This document shows, one piece after another, positions 52,851-64,000 of a stretch of DNA of 64,000 bases. Source of the DNA: Hemiscyllium ocellatum (Eukaryota); NCBI RefSeq assembly GCF_020745735.1, contig NW_026867603.1:1860001-1924000 (forward strand). Direction: 5' to 3'. The position numbers and the translations under genes are program-made. Positions within the stretch are counted from its first letter, which is position 1; each line of letters begins with the position of its first letter. The notes below the pieces were generated by a model. It did not search any database, was not told the origin of the DNA, and worked only from the letters and a program-made list of their open reading frames with translations.

Positions 52851-54054
52851 TGTGTTCCCGCGTAATTTCAGGAGTTAGAAATTGCTATTAATCACATCCA
52901 GGCATAACACATGTTGATTGGTTAATGAATTCGAGCTCAGTTTTAATTCTTAACATTCTGGATAAAATAAAATCAATCAACTTTGTAACAAAACAGAACC
53001 TTTTATTATTTTGTGCAATGAGCTCATGTAATTTTCTAGAGAGAACATTGTCGACCCTATCGGAATACAATTGTTAGTTCCCTATAACCCAAACAAAATT
53101 GCAAGTCTACAATTGATGATCTATCAAACGAGGCTGTACTCAAAGTTCTGACTTGTGTAGAACTGCCATCAATTGGGATCATAACATTTGGAGAATGAGA
53201 CACTACATGTATGAAGGGTCAAATGGCCAAGAACAGCTCTTTCAAATATTATGTTATATGTTAAAATGAGCTAGGATTTGATTACTTACACATTCCTGTA
53301 TCACAAATAATCAGTTGCTTCAAATATCAATAATTCAGAATAATTTCACCACAAACGCAAAATGAGAAACTATTGCAAACACTTATCAAAGCCCATCTGC
53401 GTCGACTGATACGATCCTGTTACATTGTAACCACTTGGATATTGTAAAAGATGAACAATCTGAATGTTATTACATTAGTAGACCAATACCAGACACATAA
53501 ATAATCTGCTATTAGCAATCACTCGCTTTCCCTTTCCTCCAGAGATCAGCAATCTCTGACCTTCTTCATTAAATATTTTACTGTTGTGCAACACAAATTT
53601 TGAGGCGTGAAAAGAGTTCACACTGGCAAACGTTTAGGAAAGAAGTGATTTAATATAATTCCTTTCTAAATTTTAAATGTTATGATCTCACTTCTTATCT
53701 CATTATTCAATCTCTGTTTTCTATCTCCCTGAAAGAAGGTGTTATTATTCCACAGATATCAGGTGTCCTTGTGGGTTACTTAATTGGTGTTGGGTCTGTT
53801 TCATGCCATTCTTGTCGTGTTCGCAGACTAGAGAGTACAGGAATGTGGTTATATAAAACAGAGACCGGAATGAAGACTTCTGGTTTCGAAAACATTTCCC
53901 CGAAATCTTTTCACTCCTAATGTTTTAAGCAGATCTGCTAAGAAATAGTAAGGATATAAATCCTGCTCCCAGCTCTTTTCCTGCAGATGGAGAAGACCAT
54001 GTACGTTGTCAATTTATCAGCACAGAAACCCCATTGTGAATCGCCATAGTTTGG

Positions 54055-54335
54055 AAACAGGCCACACCAACCGTCGAAGAAATATCCCACTCAAATGCAT
54101 TCTCCTTTCCTAATACTTTGCATTTCCTACAATCATCCTAAACGCCATGGGCCATTTAGCATGGCAAATTCATCAAAACTGCATATCTTTGGACTGTGGG
54201 AAGAAGACAAAGCACTCACGGGGAACCCACACAGCCGCGGGGAGGATGTACAAACTGCACACAGACAGATCACAGCTGGATATTTGGCACTGGGAAGCAT
54301 GAGTGCTAACCACTGAACGACAATGGCACACCCCC
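54055..54335 (-). mobile_element. Diverged tRNA-derived SINE (HE1-like)
   Basis: Reverse complement of 'cagtggttagcac' head and of 'aaattgccc...'-type body seen in other copies. Confidence 0.65.
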
Positions 54336-55599
54336 CAAAAAATCAACTATGCTTCAGGATAAATTCGATCTGAAGGTGGATTAAATCTTTCAGATCTGAC
54401 TCTCGTGAAGGGTTTCCTTATGATACTGTGTGGGCTGTTTCTTCGTTGTTGCAATGTCCTATCACACCTTTTTTTACATACATTATGATACTGCTTGCAT
54501 CGCGGTTCACCTGTATAACTGATCCAACCTCCTAATGGAGCAAAGAGAAGTCATGAGGGTGGGATGTAGATGTGGCTTTCTGCGTTTGAGCAATTCATCT
54601 GGATTTCCAGCATAGTCTCTCTGTTTGTCAAGTAACCAATGACCTTTGTAGGCTTCGGTTCCTCAATTACAATAACCATATAAAGAAGCCTGCAGGAGAG
54701 CCTAAAAGAGAAACTGGGCGAAGTCTGTCTCACGGGAGAATCGCTCAGTATCATGATCAACCCAACAGGACATTAGTTGTGTCACTAGCATTAGCACTAT
54801 CTACTATTTCAGTGTTTAGGGTGTGGTGGTATTAGGGACAGTTGAACATCGTGTCAAATGGTCCTCTATTAAACAGCAGTTTGTATTTTCTAGTCTGTAT
54901 TTTATTTTGTATTTTGTATTCTCCTGGACAGTTTGTATTTTTTACATTGGCTGATCCCAACAGTGTTTGCAGAGTATTGTTCTTCTTTTCGTATAATTCC
55001 TTTGGCTATGTTAACTATTGTTGCGTTCTAGCTGTGTCCGAACGGATTGAAATGGTCACCTTATGGCATCATCATAACAATTATGAATGGTGGAATTTTG
55101 TACTGTCATGCCTGTAAAATGCTTCCTTCTTCAGTTTCGGTCTTCTTCAGAGTTTAATGTCATAATACACATTTCATAGACAGTGACAATAAGCGAGAAT
55201 TGTCAGCAATAAAAATCAGCACTTTTTCATTGGAGGTTTTCATCAGGGAAGGCCTTATGGCAGAGTTACAAATTTTCCACCAAACGTCAATGTTGAATTG
55301 AAGTAAAAGTTCAAAGTTCTTGATTAAACAAGTTTCTGAGATTTCTTGAATCTATGAAAAAACTAATCAGTTTGAGCCTTGTATAGGGATATGTGCAGCT
55401 TGCAGAATCAGTGAGTTAATCTCGAATATTAATCTGCAGCCACATAGGGCTACTTATGTCAGCAGAAACATAACCAACTCTTTTATAGGATGAGTCTTGC
55501 ATGAGATTAGTACATTAGATCCTGAACCCTATCTCCACTTCTGAATTTGCTAATATATCAGTAGGTATCACGACTGAGTGAGTTCCTTTCCAAACACAG

Positions 55600-56300
55600 A
55601 ATAATGGAAAATGTTCTCCTCAGTTTGTGGCAGTGAGCGTACTGAAGAAGAGGCACTGTAGTCAAAATGCTGACTCTGTTTTTCTCTCCAAGAATTCTAC
55701 TGGACTGACCGAATTTCTCCAGTAATTTCTGATGCTCCTTTGGATGACTGTCTGAACCTCTTACAAACGGAGAGCAACTGCTTTGTTTTTGCTCAGTGTG
55801 AACTCGGCAGTATAACTGGAGAAGATATAACTGAGTTAAACCCTCCACCAAACAGGGAAGGTGAACGGTCTCCCCACCGTGTGAATCCCGTGTCTGGCCA
55901 GGTGGAATGATCGAGGGAATCCTGCCCCACATATGGACAGGGTGAACGCTGTATCTCCGTTTGAACTTGCTGGGATGGAGTGAGTGCTAATGAATTGTTG
56001 AAGTTCTTCGACAGTAAATGCAGTTGTAGAGTCTCTCCTCAGTGTGTCCTCTCTGGTGTCACATCAGTGAGATGTCCGGGTACATCTCTTGCCACATATG
56101 GAATAGGAGAATCGTTCTCCCCAGTGGGACCGCATCAATGGCTTTCCAGCCGACATGAAGAAGTTATTTCTTTACCAATAAGCTCATATTTGCATGGCTT
56201 CTCCCTCTTGCCAGTATTTGCTATATCTCTCCAGGATGGACAATCACTTGAAGCCCCAATCCCACATACAAAGAAAATCGACTGAGTCACCCCGCTTTTC
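55600..56300 (-). pseudogene. C2H2 zinc-finger array remnant
   Basis: EKPCKYELIGKEITSSCRLESH, RFSYSICGKR, FTLSICGAGFPRSFHLARH, RVHTE; degenerate finger and linker pattern with stops. Confidence 0.65.
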
Positions 56301-56559
56301 GTGGTGTAACGGTTTGTCAAGCTGTGTAACTTGTTCAAGCTCTTTCCAGTTAGTGCTGTCCTGGGATCCTGAAACTCAGTTTATGTGCGTTACCCTCAGT
56401 GAGTTTCATTTATATTTGATCAGTTATCCGGCAGGGAGATCAGGCATTTCTCCGACATAAAAAGACAAAAGGAATTCCAGTCCAGCCCCACCCACCCCAT
56501 CACCCTTCATAAACCCACTTCCAACCCGATCCGACACAGTCTCGCTTACAGACAAGGGG

Positions 56560-57640
56560 AGAGACACATAATTAATGAGGCATTGTCACTGAGATTCTAT
56601 ATGAGTGAAGAATGCAGCATCTTCAGTGCAGAGCACTTCTCTGACATTTAGATCATTTGTTGACCTTGCTGTCTGACCTGGTGTCGAGATTCATATATGC
56701 AGCTGAAACCAAGGAAAGGAAAATGGGAAAGAAAACATCAAGGTGGAAGATGACATATAGCCCCGTTTCATCGTATTCTTCAGCCTGAAACTGTTGTATG
56801 TGGTGTGTCATATTACACAACATATGAATAAAGATGAGACTGAAGAGCTTTGCTGGACAAAACATTTGATATAATTCCTTCTGTAACTGTTGCTTTTGAG
56901 AATGTGGTAAATATACCTGAAACAAGAGCAGCAAAAACAACAGACTCCAACGCCTGTAGATACTCTTCTAAACTTATTTCATATCTGGGCCATCATATAT
57001 TTTCTACCTCTCATTGCTGTTGAGAAGATGTTGGGTAACTGAGTTTTTGAGCTGCTGAAGTCCATGGTGCACTGCTGTTCACTTATGAACACGCTCATGT
57101 GCCGCTGGCACAAATGAGCCTTAATAATTTTCATAAGTTGTAGAACGTGAAAAGCTGAGCATCCCACTCATCACCTCAGCAGTTGCCTCACGTATGTTAG
57201 AGGATGTGGATTCAATACTGAACTCTGCGATCACTTCAGGGCCCACAACACTGCAAACGATGATGGTCATCCTCCATTCAATAGAGGGATGAGATTTTGC
57301 GAAAGGGATCATTGTAACGTTAGTAAATATGTTGAGCAGAGATTATTTTGAATGCTATCATTATGCCGTTCAGTCAAAAGTTACCTCTCTAATACTTCAT
57401 CTTCATCTTCATCTAATCTTGCAATGCTACGATCCCTCAAACTCCTTTTGGTGAAACTGCAGAATATTGGATTCGGCTTCTCAGTTACTTACCGTAAGGA
57501 TATAAGAGCTGTCAACACGGGGAAGCAATTCAACCCTTCCAGTCTACACCAGCATTTAATACGATGATGTCTGTTCTCAAATCATCCTCAACTTCCCTGT
57601 ACTGCCTCTAACTCTTCAAACTATTATTAATTAAACTTCT
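56560..57640 (-). mobile_element. RTE-clade LINE RT fragment
   Basis: CPAKLFSLI...NMT..IQ, TRSD, VLCTEDAAF resemble RTE RT (GCPPKxxSxxxxFHDxM; TRSDG; LLFADDAA). Confidence 0.65.
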
Positions 57641-57759
57641 GTATCCATGCATTAAATTTGCTCCATGCCTTCTATTCGACACATTTCGGGGAGTGAATCC
57701 TTAAAATTCCTAACATGTTGAAGCAAGCTGTGGGTTGTCCGCGCCGAGCTGAGAAGTTG

Positions 57760-58120
57760 ATTTAGCAAGGCTTCATCCCCTGTCGATGTGACATCTTCAG
57801 TGCTTGGAGCCTCCTGCGAACTGCTGCCGCACTGAATCTTCTGGAATTTTTTTTTGTGTTTCTCCTGCTTCTGGTTTCCGGTTCTGGGAGTTCATTATGG
57901 TGGCTGGTATGTTGGTTCTCGGTCTCGAGGTTGGTTGAGGGCGTTCGTTGGTGAGTGCTGTGCTTCGAGAAACACATCTACCAAGACCCAATATACCAGT
58001 CACGACAATGAAGCAACAGAACCTGCAACCATAAGCAGTAGGAACGGAACTAAGGAAATTCCAGAAAACACTGCACAGCAGTGCTTCACAGGATCCTCCA
58101 CTCCAAAAAAATAACTGAAG
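57760..58120. mobile_element. Inverted pair of 3' ends of a second Penelope-like family
   Basis: Minus arm encodes FLEAQHSPTNALNQ...EPTYQ (GIY-YIG end-like); degenerate hammerhead GCA-CTGAAGA-T-GTC...GAT-GAAG at 57765-57803 (-); plus arm from ~57985 mirrors it. Confidence 0.6.
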
Positions 58121-58624
58121 TCACATAGACACGGAACGAAATTTCTACAAAGCAACTTCTAATTTCAGCGAACATACTCACAACCAGGATAACCGCACCT
58201 GGGATTCAAATCTTTCTGCAAAACTTGAACTTTGAAACATTTATAAATCTCCCCATCTCTGGTTTAAATCTTGTCTTCTCCATTCTCCTGTACCTCACAA
58301 ATGACTGAATCTTCATCCCCGATGTCAAAACATGGTTTGGCTATTGGGGCTGTCACAGTAAACTCCAGTAAGTGCTGACATATTACTTGTATCTGAATGG
58401 GGATACTACGCCCATCACCCTCCACGCCAGTTCACCCACTTCTCAGAACCAGACCTCAAGTGGATTATTGGGGACTCCGACTCCAACAATCTCTGAGGCA
58501 CGAAAACTAAGAAGAGGACGTGTGACAAAGCATAGCAAACTGCTTACGTGCAATGAGGAATTGGGTGAAACACATTGCACTTCGTGATTGGTTGGAGGAG
58601 GCAGCACTCAGTTGTTGTTCGGCC

Positions 58625-58830
58625 AAGAAGAAAGTGAGGACTGCAGATCCTGGAGATTAGAGTCGAAGAGTGTAGCGTTGGACAATCACAGCATGACAGG
58701 CAGCATTCCAGGAGCAGGAGCTCCTCCTTCATACAGATGAAGGTTTCATGCCTGCAATATCGACTCCCCTGCTCCTCGAATGCTGTCTGATTGGCTCTGC
58801 TTTTCCAGCACCACGCTGTTCGACAGTAGT
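58625..58830. mobile_element. Degenerate head-to-head Penelope-end pair
   Basis: Left arm 'gaaagtgaggactgcagat...', right arm 'cagatgaaggtttcatgcctgcaatatcgactcccctgctcctcg...'. Confidence 0.65.
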
Positions 58831-59659
58831 TCGGTCAGCCGTTCGTTATATCACAGACACCCCAAATCTTTCAACCCTCTCTGATGTCTTATAACAACAA
58901 TGTGTCAATGGGAAACAGCTGAGGACTGGAGGTATTCCGGTCCTCAGCCAATCAAGCACCCTATTTATCTGAGCGAGAAGTCTGAAAAATGAGTTTGTGA
59001 AACTACTGCTGCTGCCACTCTCTCCGAATGAAGATGGAACTTCTTCCTCTCGCCATCATCTGGCAGCACAACACAGGCTTTTTTTTCGTTCATTTCCTTG
59101 TTTTTAAATTCTATGATTAAATTATTAACTCGTACAAACTGAAGGGAAACGAAGAGAAGCCACGATGGGAGCAGAGACTGTCCAGGACAAGAAGCACAGA
59201 GCTGTTTAACTTCAGGAGATTGGGAAGTGTTTACATTAGCAGCAGCATAGTGGGAATAGTGGGATGTGTGTTTGCGTGGGATAGTTAAAGATTTGAAGAT
59301 ATAGAGATAAAGCAAAGCAGTTCCCTAAAACTTAGAATTGTCTGTCCGAATTTCAAATCTGTTCTTATTATTTTAAAAACAATCCTTTCAGAGGATGTCA
59401 GAAGGCAAAGATTCACAGACAGAGCTGCATACTGATCGGCTTCCCACTCGCTCTCTTGCTCCCTTCTCTTTTATCCCGTTTAGTTTAATGTGTTTTGATA
59501 CTTTTTCCACCACTTTCCAAAACAAACTAAATATACAAAACAACATCACTGCTCTAAGAGATCGAGAAAATCAGTTCCAGCACTGAATAAGCACCTCAAC
59601 ACAGGATCCGCTCTGACCGCCAAGATTCTCTCCCGTTTTCCATTTTAACTCCTTACTCC

Positions 59660-59850
59660 CATAGAAATCATGCCTGTGATGTTTGTGGATGTTGACCTTG
59701 CAAAGACACAACGACACGCATAAGACGGAGAAACTGTTGAAAGGTGAGGTTTGGAGAGTTCCTATTCACATGTTCTGAGTGTGGTAAAATATCAGTGTGC
59801 ATTGTATCCTGTTAACATACGAGTAAACTCATGTTTACCTGCACTGGGAC
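59660..59850 (+). pseudogene. C2H2 zinc-finger remnant
   Basis: RHNDTHKTEKLLKGEV and LFTCSECGK. Confidence 0.5.
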
Positions 59851-59899
59851 AAATCCCCAAGACCGAATGACACTTATCCCACGTTGCTGATGGAGACAA

Positions 59900-61190
59900 G
59901 GGAGGACATAGCTGGGGTACTGACAGACATCTTTCTGGCATACTTAAACACGAGTGAGGTGCCGCAGAACTGGAGGTTTGGTCATGTTGTCCCTGTACAA
60001 GAATAGTAGTAGGGATATTCCGGGTAACTACAGACACTTTAGCTTGACGTCAGTCGTGGGAAAGTTTTTGGAGAAGGTACTGAGGGATGACATCTATGTA
60101 TATGTAGAAAATAATGGCATTGTCAGAGATCAGCAACATGGATTAGTGCGGGCAAGATCATGCATTGCTAACTTAATAGAGTCCTTTGTGGAAATGACCA
60201 AGTTGATAGATGAAGAGAAGGGATGTAGATCTCATATACTTGTACTGTAGTAAGGCGTTTGATAAGGTTCTTCATGGTAAACTAATAAAGAAAGTGAAGT
60301 CACATGGAGTCCATATTTAGCTGGGTGAATAAACAATTGGATGAGCAACAGGAGACAGAGAGTAGACGTTGAAGGAAGTTTTTTCAAATGGAGGAAGGTA
60401 ACCAGTTGTGCTCGACAGGAATCAGTGCTGGGGCCACTGTTGATTGTGATATACATAAATGATCTGGAAGAGGGCACTGTTGGTGTGATCAGTTATTTGC
60501 AGATGACACGAAGATTGATAAAGTAGCAGAACGCACAAGGGACAGTCAAAGAATACGCTGAATGTTGCTGCACAGGTGCATAGAATGGTCAAAAATGGTA
60601 TGCTTCCCTTCATCAGACGGGTATTGAGTATAAGAGCTGGTCGGTCATTGTAAAGTTGTACATGACGTTAGTTTGGCCGCATTTAGAAGGCTGTGTACAG
60701 TTTTGGCCGCCGCATTCCCAATAGAATGTAGACGCTTTGGAGAGGGTGCAGAGAAGGTTTACGATGATGTTGTCTGCTATGGAAAGTGCTAGCTGTGAAG
60801 AGAGTTTTGAGTAGGATACGATGGTTTTCATTCGAATCAAAAGAGATTGTGGGCGTGATTGTGGTCATGAAGAATATAGTCTGGTAGATAGATATAAGCT
60901 TTTCTCCCAGGGCGAAGGTTTTAATAATGAGAGGTCACGCTTTTAACTTGAGAGGTGAAAAGTTTAAAGGGGATACGCACAGAAGGTGGAAAGTGCCTTG
61001 AACGCGTTGCCAGTAGAGAAATTGGAAGCAGGCACAGTAGATCCCTTTAAGATGCGTCTGGACGGATGCATGAGTAAGTGGGGAGGAGCGGGAAACAGAT
61101 GCTTAGGAATTCAGCGAGAGGTTTAGTCAATGGATTTGTAAGCTTGGAGGGCCGAATGGCCAGTTCCAGCAGGGCTGTAAAGTTTCTTTG
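59900..61190 (+). mobile_element. CR1-like LINE 3' half
   Basis: GNYRHFSLTSVVGK, QQHGLVRARSCIANLIE, KWRKVTS..RQESVLGPLL; CR1 3' UTR at ~61140-61190. Confidence 0.88.
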
Positions 61191-61889
61191 TTTCTTTGAT
61201 TGTGGAAAGGAATTTGCTGAGTCATCGAACCTACAGAACATGAGTGAATTCATAAATTAGAACAGCAATTGTATCTGCTGTTAATCAACAACAACGTCCA
61301 CGTACTTAGACAGCATTTTTCAAACTCTCAACTTCTACCATCTCGAAAAAGGACAGCAGCTGCACGAGATCATCACCACCAGGGGCCTATACTCTATGCC
61401 ACGCATTACCCTCACTTGGAAGTTTATGGGCTCTTCCTTTACCGAAATTAAGTCACAGTCAGGAATCCTGTGGACCACTTGCATCCTAAAACTGAATTTA
61501 AACAGATTATGCAATGAAAGATCTAATTTTCAAGACGCAGGAATGTCTGACTGAAAACAGCTATCGATACTTTTCAGTCTCACAGTTTCAGGATGACATG
61601 AAACTTTCAGAACCTTTCAGACACCAAGAGCAGGCATAGGCCATTCAGCTGCTCTCGACTGTTCCCCCATTTAGTATGTTCATGCTTAATCCTCCATCAC
61701 GGTGCCATATTCCCACTTTCTTTCCATACCCCGTGAAATACTCAAACTATAGCAAAATTATCATTCACTTTCCTGAATATATTAAGCCAGTGACGTCCAC
61801 CGCCCTCATTTGAAGAAAATTAAACATATTGACCACCCTCTGAGTGAAGTAAGTTCACCTTATCTCCTGTCAAGATCGAATACGTCATC

Positions 61890-62200
61890 GATGTTTATGG
61901 TTAGCACTGTTGTTTCACAGTGACAGAGTCTCAGGTTGATTTCAGCCTCGCATGGCTCTCTGTTTGGAAAAAAAACTCGGTTTGCCCCAGTTTGTGTAGG
62001 TTTCAGCTCGGTGCTCCCACAGTACAAAGATTTGCACGTTAGGTCAACTGGCCAGGGTCAATTGTCCATAGCGCTGAGGAATGTATCAGTTACGAGCATC
62101 AGCCATGGAACATGCTGGGTTATTAATAAAAAGGATTGTTCTGGAAGGGATAAAATTTCAAGGTCGGTATGGACTTTTTGGGCCAATGGCTTGTTTCCTT
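61890..62200 (+). mobile_element. Diverged tRNA-derived SINE (HE1-like)
   Basis: 'ggttagcactgttgtttcacag', 'cccacagtacaaagat', tail 'ggtcggtatggactttttgggccaatgg'. Confidence 0.6.
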
Positions 62201-62745
62201 AGTGTGGGTGTTCTATGTCCTACTGCCAGGGAAAACATAAGACCGGCATCTAATCTAACAGGTGCTGTTATAATTTACTTGATTCGTTTCAATTATATCA
62301 CACACTTCATTCGTCCAAATACAGGCTCTCGAAAACCAATGGCTGCTCATGGGACTGTCCTGCCATCTCTGGTGTCAGCTGAGTCACCAGTCACTCTTTT
62401 CCCTCTGTGACAAGGATATCCTCTCTTAGGTCGGGAGGCCCAAATTGCACGCTCTCCTCCCCGTCTGGTCTCATCACCATTCCTGTACGGCTGCAGAAAA
62501 AAAAACATCCTTATGTCTGAAATGCAACTATCTCACAGTGAGGCCAAAGTAGCACTTACCTTTTAAACTGCTTTCTGATGTTGGTCTGTTTCGCTGTACT
62601 GGTTTACAAAGATATCAGGATTAATGGTTCGTGAGCACATAACCTACAGCTGGCTTCAATGTGTTGGGACTGGCACATGGAAGCTCACTGAAACACTGAG
62701 AAAGGGGCAGAGATTCATTCCAGATTGAAGTCTGAGGAAAGGCAG

Positions 62746-62753
62746 TATAAAAG
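62746..62753 (+). promoter_or_regulatory. Candidate TATA box
   Basis: TATAAAAG consensus in unique sequence; no transcript evidence. Confidence 0.25.
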
Positions 62754-62786
62754 CACCAGTAGCAACGTTAAAATGGGTACACGGCC

Positions 62787-62898
62787 TTCCTGATGAAGGG
62801 CTTTTTCCCGAAATGTCGATTATCCTGCTCCTCGGATACTGCCTTAACTGCCTTGCTTTTCCAATTTTCGATTCCAATTTCCAGCATCTGCAGTCCTC
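62787..62898 (+). mobile_element. 112-bp Penelope-end-derived element beginning with a hammerhead motif
   Basis: TTC-CTGATGA-A-GGG-CTTTTT-CCC-GAAA-T-GTC-GAT (62787-62820); 8-bp TSD ACACGGCC (62779-62786 and 62899-62906). Confidence 0.85.
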
Positions 62899-63719
62899 AC
62901 ACGGCCAGATAGACCTCGGCTTTCATCTCAGTGAGCTTTTTCAGAGTTACTATGTATCTCAGAATTCTTCAGTTATACTTACATCTAACAGTCTTTAAAA
63001 AGTTGTCAAGTTCCACTGTGTTTGAAACTTAATATTGAAATATAATTCGGCTCCGATTTAGGTCAGTGAGCTCTCATAGCACACAGTCCCACCTCCGTTC
63101 CTGTCTGTTGCTTCTGTCTCCCTCAGTCTCACAGTCAGTCTGTCTCTCTCTTTGTCTTGCTCTCACTGTCTGCTTCAGGATGTTCTCCTCTCTGTGTTTA
63201 TTACAATCACATCACTGACAGTCCACTGACCGTGAATTATAACAAGGCAATGTTAAGGCAGAGTGTCCACTGAGAATAGATGCATTTTCTCTGTCCTTGG
63301 GGGGAGAGGATTGGCTGGAGGATAGTAAATAGGAAACAAACTTAATATCTCCAGTATCACTGGGAAAAACCCATATTCAGTGGAGAAAAAGCTTAGGGAA
63401 CGATCGAAGAGGCTGTATAGAGATCATAGACAGCTCCGTGAGTATGCAAGGAATTGGTAGATGGAATAGAATGTGAAGAAATATCAATGAGCAATATAGA
63501 TTTACAATTTAACTCAATGACAGATTAATATCCGCGGTCCGGGCATAATTCACACTTCCAGACCAAGCAAGGTTTTGTGCCTGAGGGAGGGCAACTTTCT
63601 GACTGGCTATGATTAAATTGAAACCTAAAGGTACTGGCTACAGCACAGTTCACTATGTCTCATATCATCACTGATATAGTATAGTGCGAATTATATTGAA
63701 AAATAAATGATGTGGTGGT

Positions 63720-63870
63720 AGCAGTGTTGGACTGGGCTGGATAGGCATAATAATCACACAACACCATGTTGTAGTCTGACATGTTTATTTTGAAGTACAA
63801 GTTTTCAGAACTATGTAATTAAGGAGCAGCATTCTGATAACCTACTGCTGTGTGATTTTTAACATCGTTA
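63720..63870. mobile_element. Degenerate head-to-head Penelope-end pair (family B)
   Basis: 'aatcacacaacaccatgttgtagtc' (minus arm) and 'aaggagcagc...tgtgtgatttttaac' (plus arm). Confidence 0.5.
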
Positions 63871-64000
63871 AAGATAGCAGTGAACATGTGTATAGGTGAG
63901 AACAGTGATTCACACTGTTTATAAATTGTGAGAAATTAATAAGCTTTCTTGTCCAGAGTGGCTTGCAGGAGCAGATATTTAAGTGAATTGTCGATCCAGC

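Noticed and set aside
53750-53900. Possible transmembrane exon (ISGVLVGYLIGVGSV) after an AG acceptor
   Set aside because: No matching donor or neighbouring exons; could easily be chance.
59390-59490. Possible terminal exon encoding a GPI-anchor-like hydrophobic tail (GCQKAKIHRQSCILIGFPLALLLPSLLSRLV*)
   Set aside because: Single short frame in pyrimidine-rich DNA; no supporting upstream exons found.
1-64000. CRISPR arrays, operons, or V(D)J recombination signal sequences
   Set aside because: Sequence is eukaryotic with no regular repeat-spacer arrays; the CACAGTG hits I checked lie in SINE heads or lack a nonamer.

Overview
Eukaryotic, repeat-dominated genomic DNA, most consistent with a shark or other elasmobranch (HE1-like tRNA-derived SINEs, CR1/HER1-like LINEs, Penelope-like elements). 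I found no intact protein-coding gene; nearly all ORFs in the track are retroelement debris or chance. Main contents: (1) many decayed CR1 LINEs and two RTE LINE fragments; (2) a decayed gag-pro-pol-env endogenous retrovirus (~14.1-29.0 kb) with a 5' LTR remnant and a 3' LTR, split by nested LINE/SINE/Penelope insertions; (3) a Ty3/gypsy element with integrase upstream of RT (Gmr1-type order); (4) Penelope-like (GIY-YIG) fragments and short derivatives carrying minimal type I hammerhead ribozyme motifs, some head-to-head and some with target-site duplications; (5) an inverted segmental duplication (1-6.35 kb vs 33.0-38.8 kb); (6) C2H2 zinc-finger pseudogene remnants, a tRNA-Glu-like pseudogene, two candidate promoters, and a speculative decayed cytokine-receptor-like sequence. 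A 500-N gap lies at 3319-3818. Repeat boundaries are approximate (about +/-30 bp) unless motifs are quoted; all alignments were done by eye.
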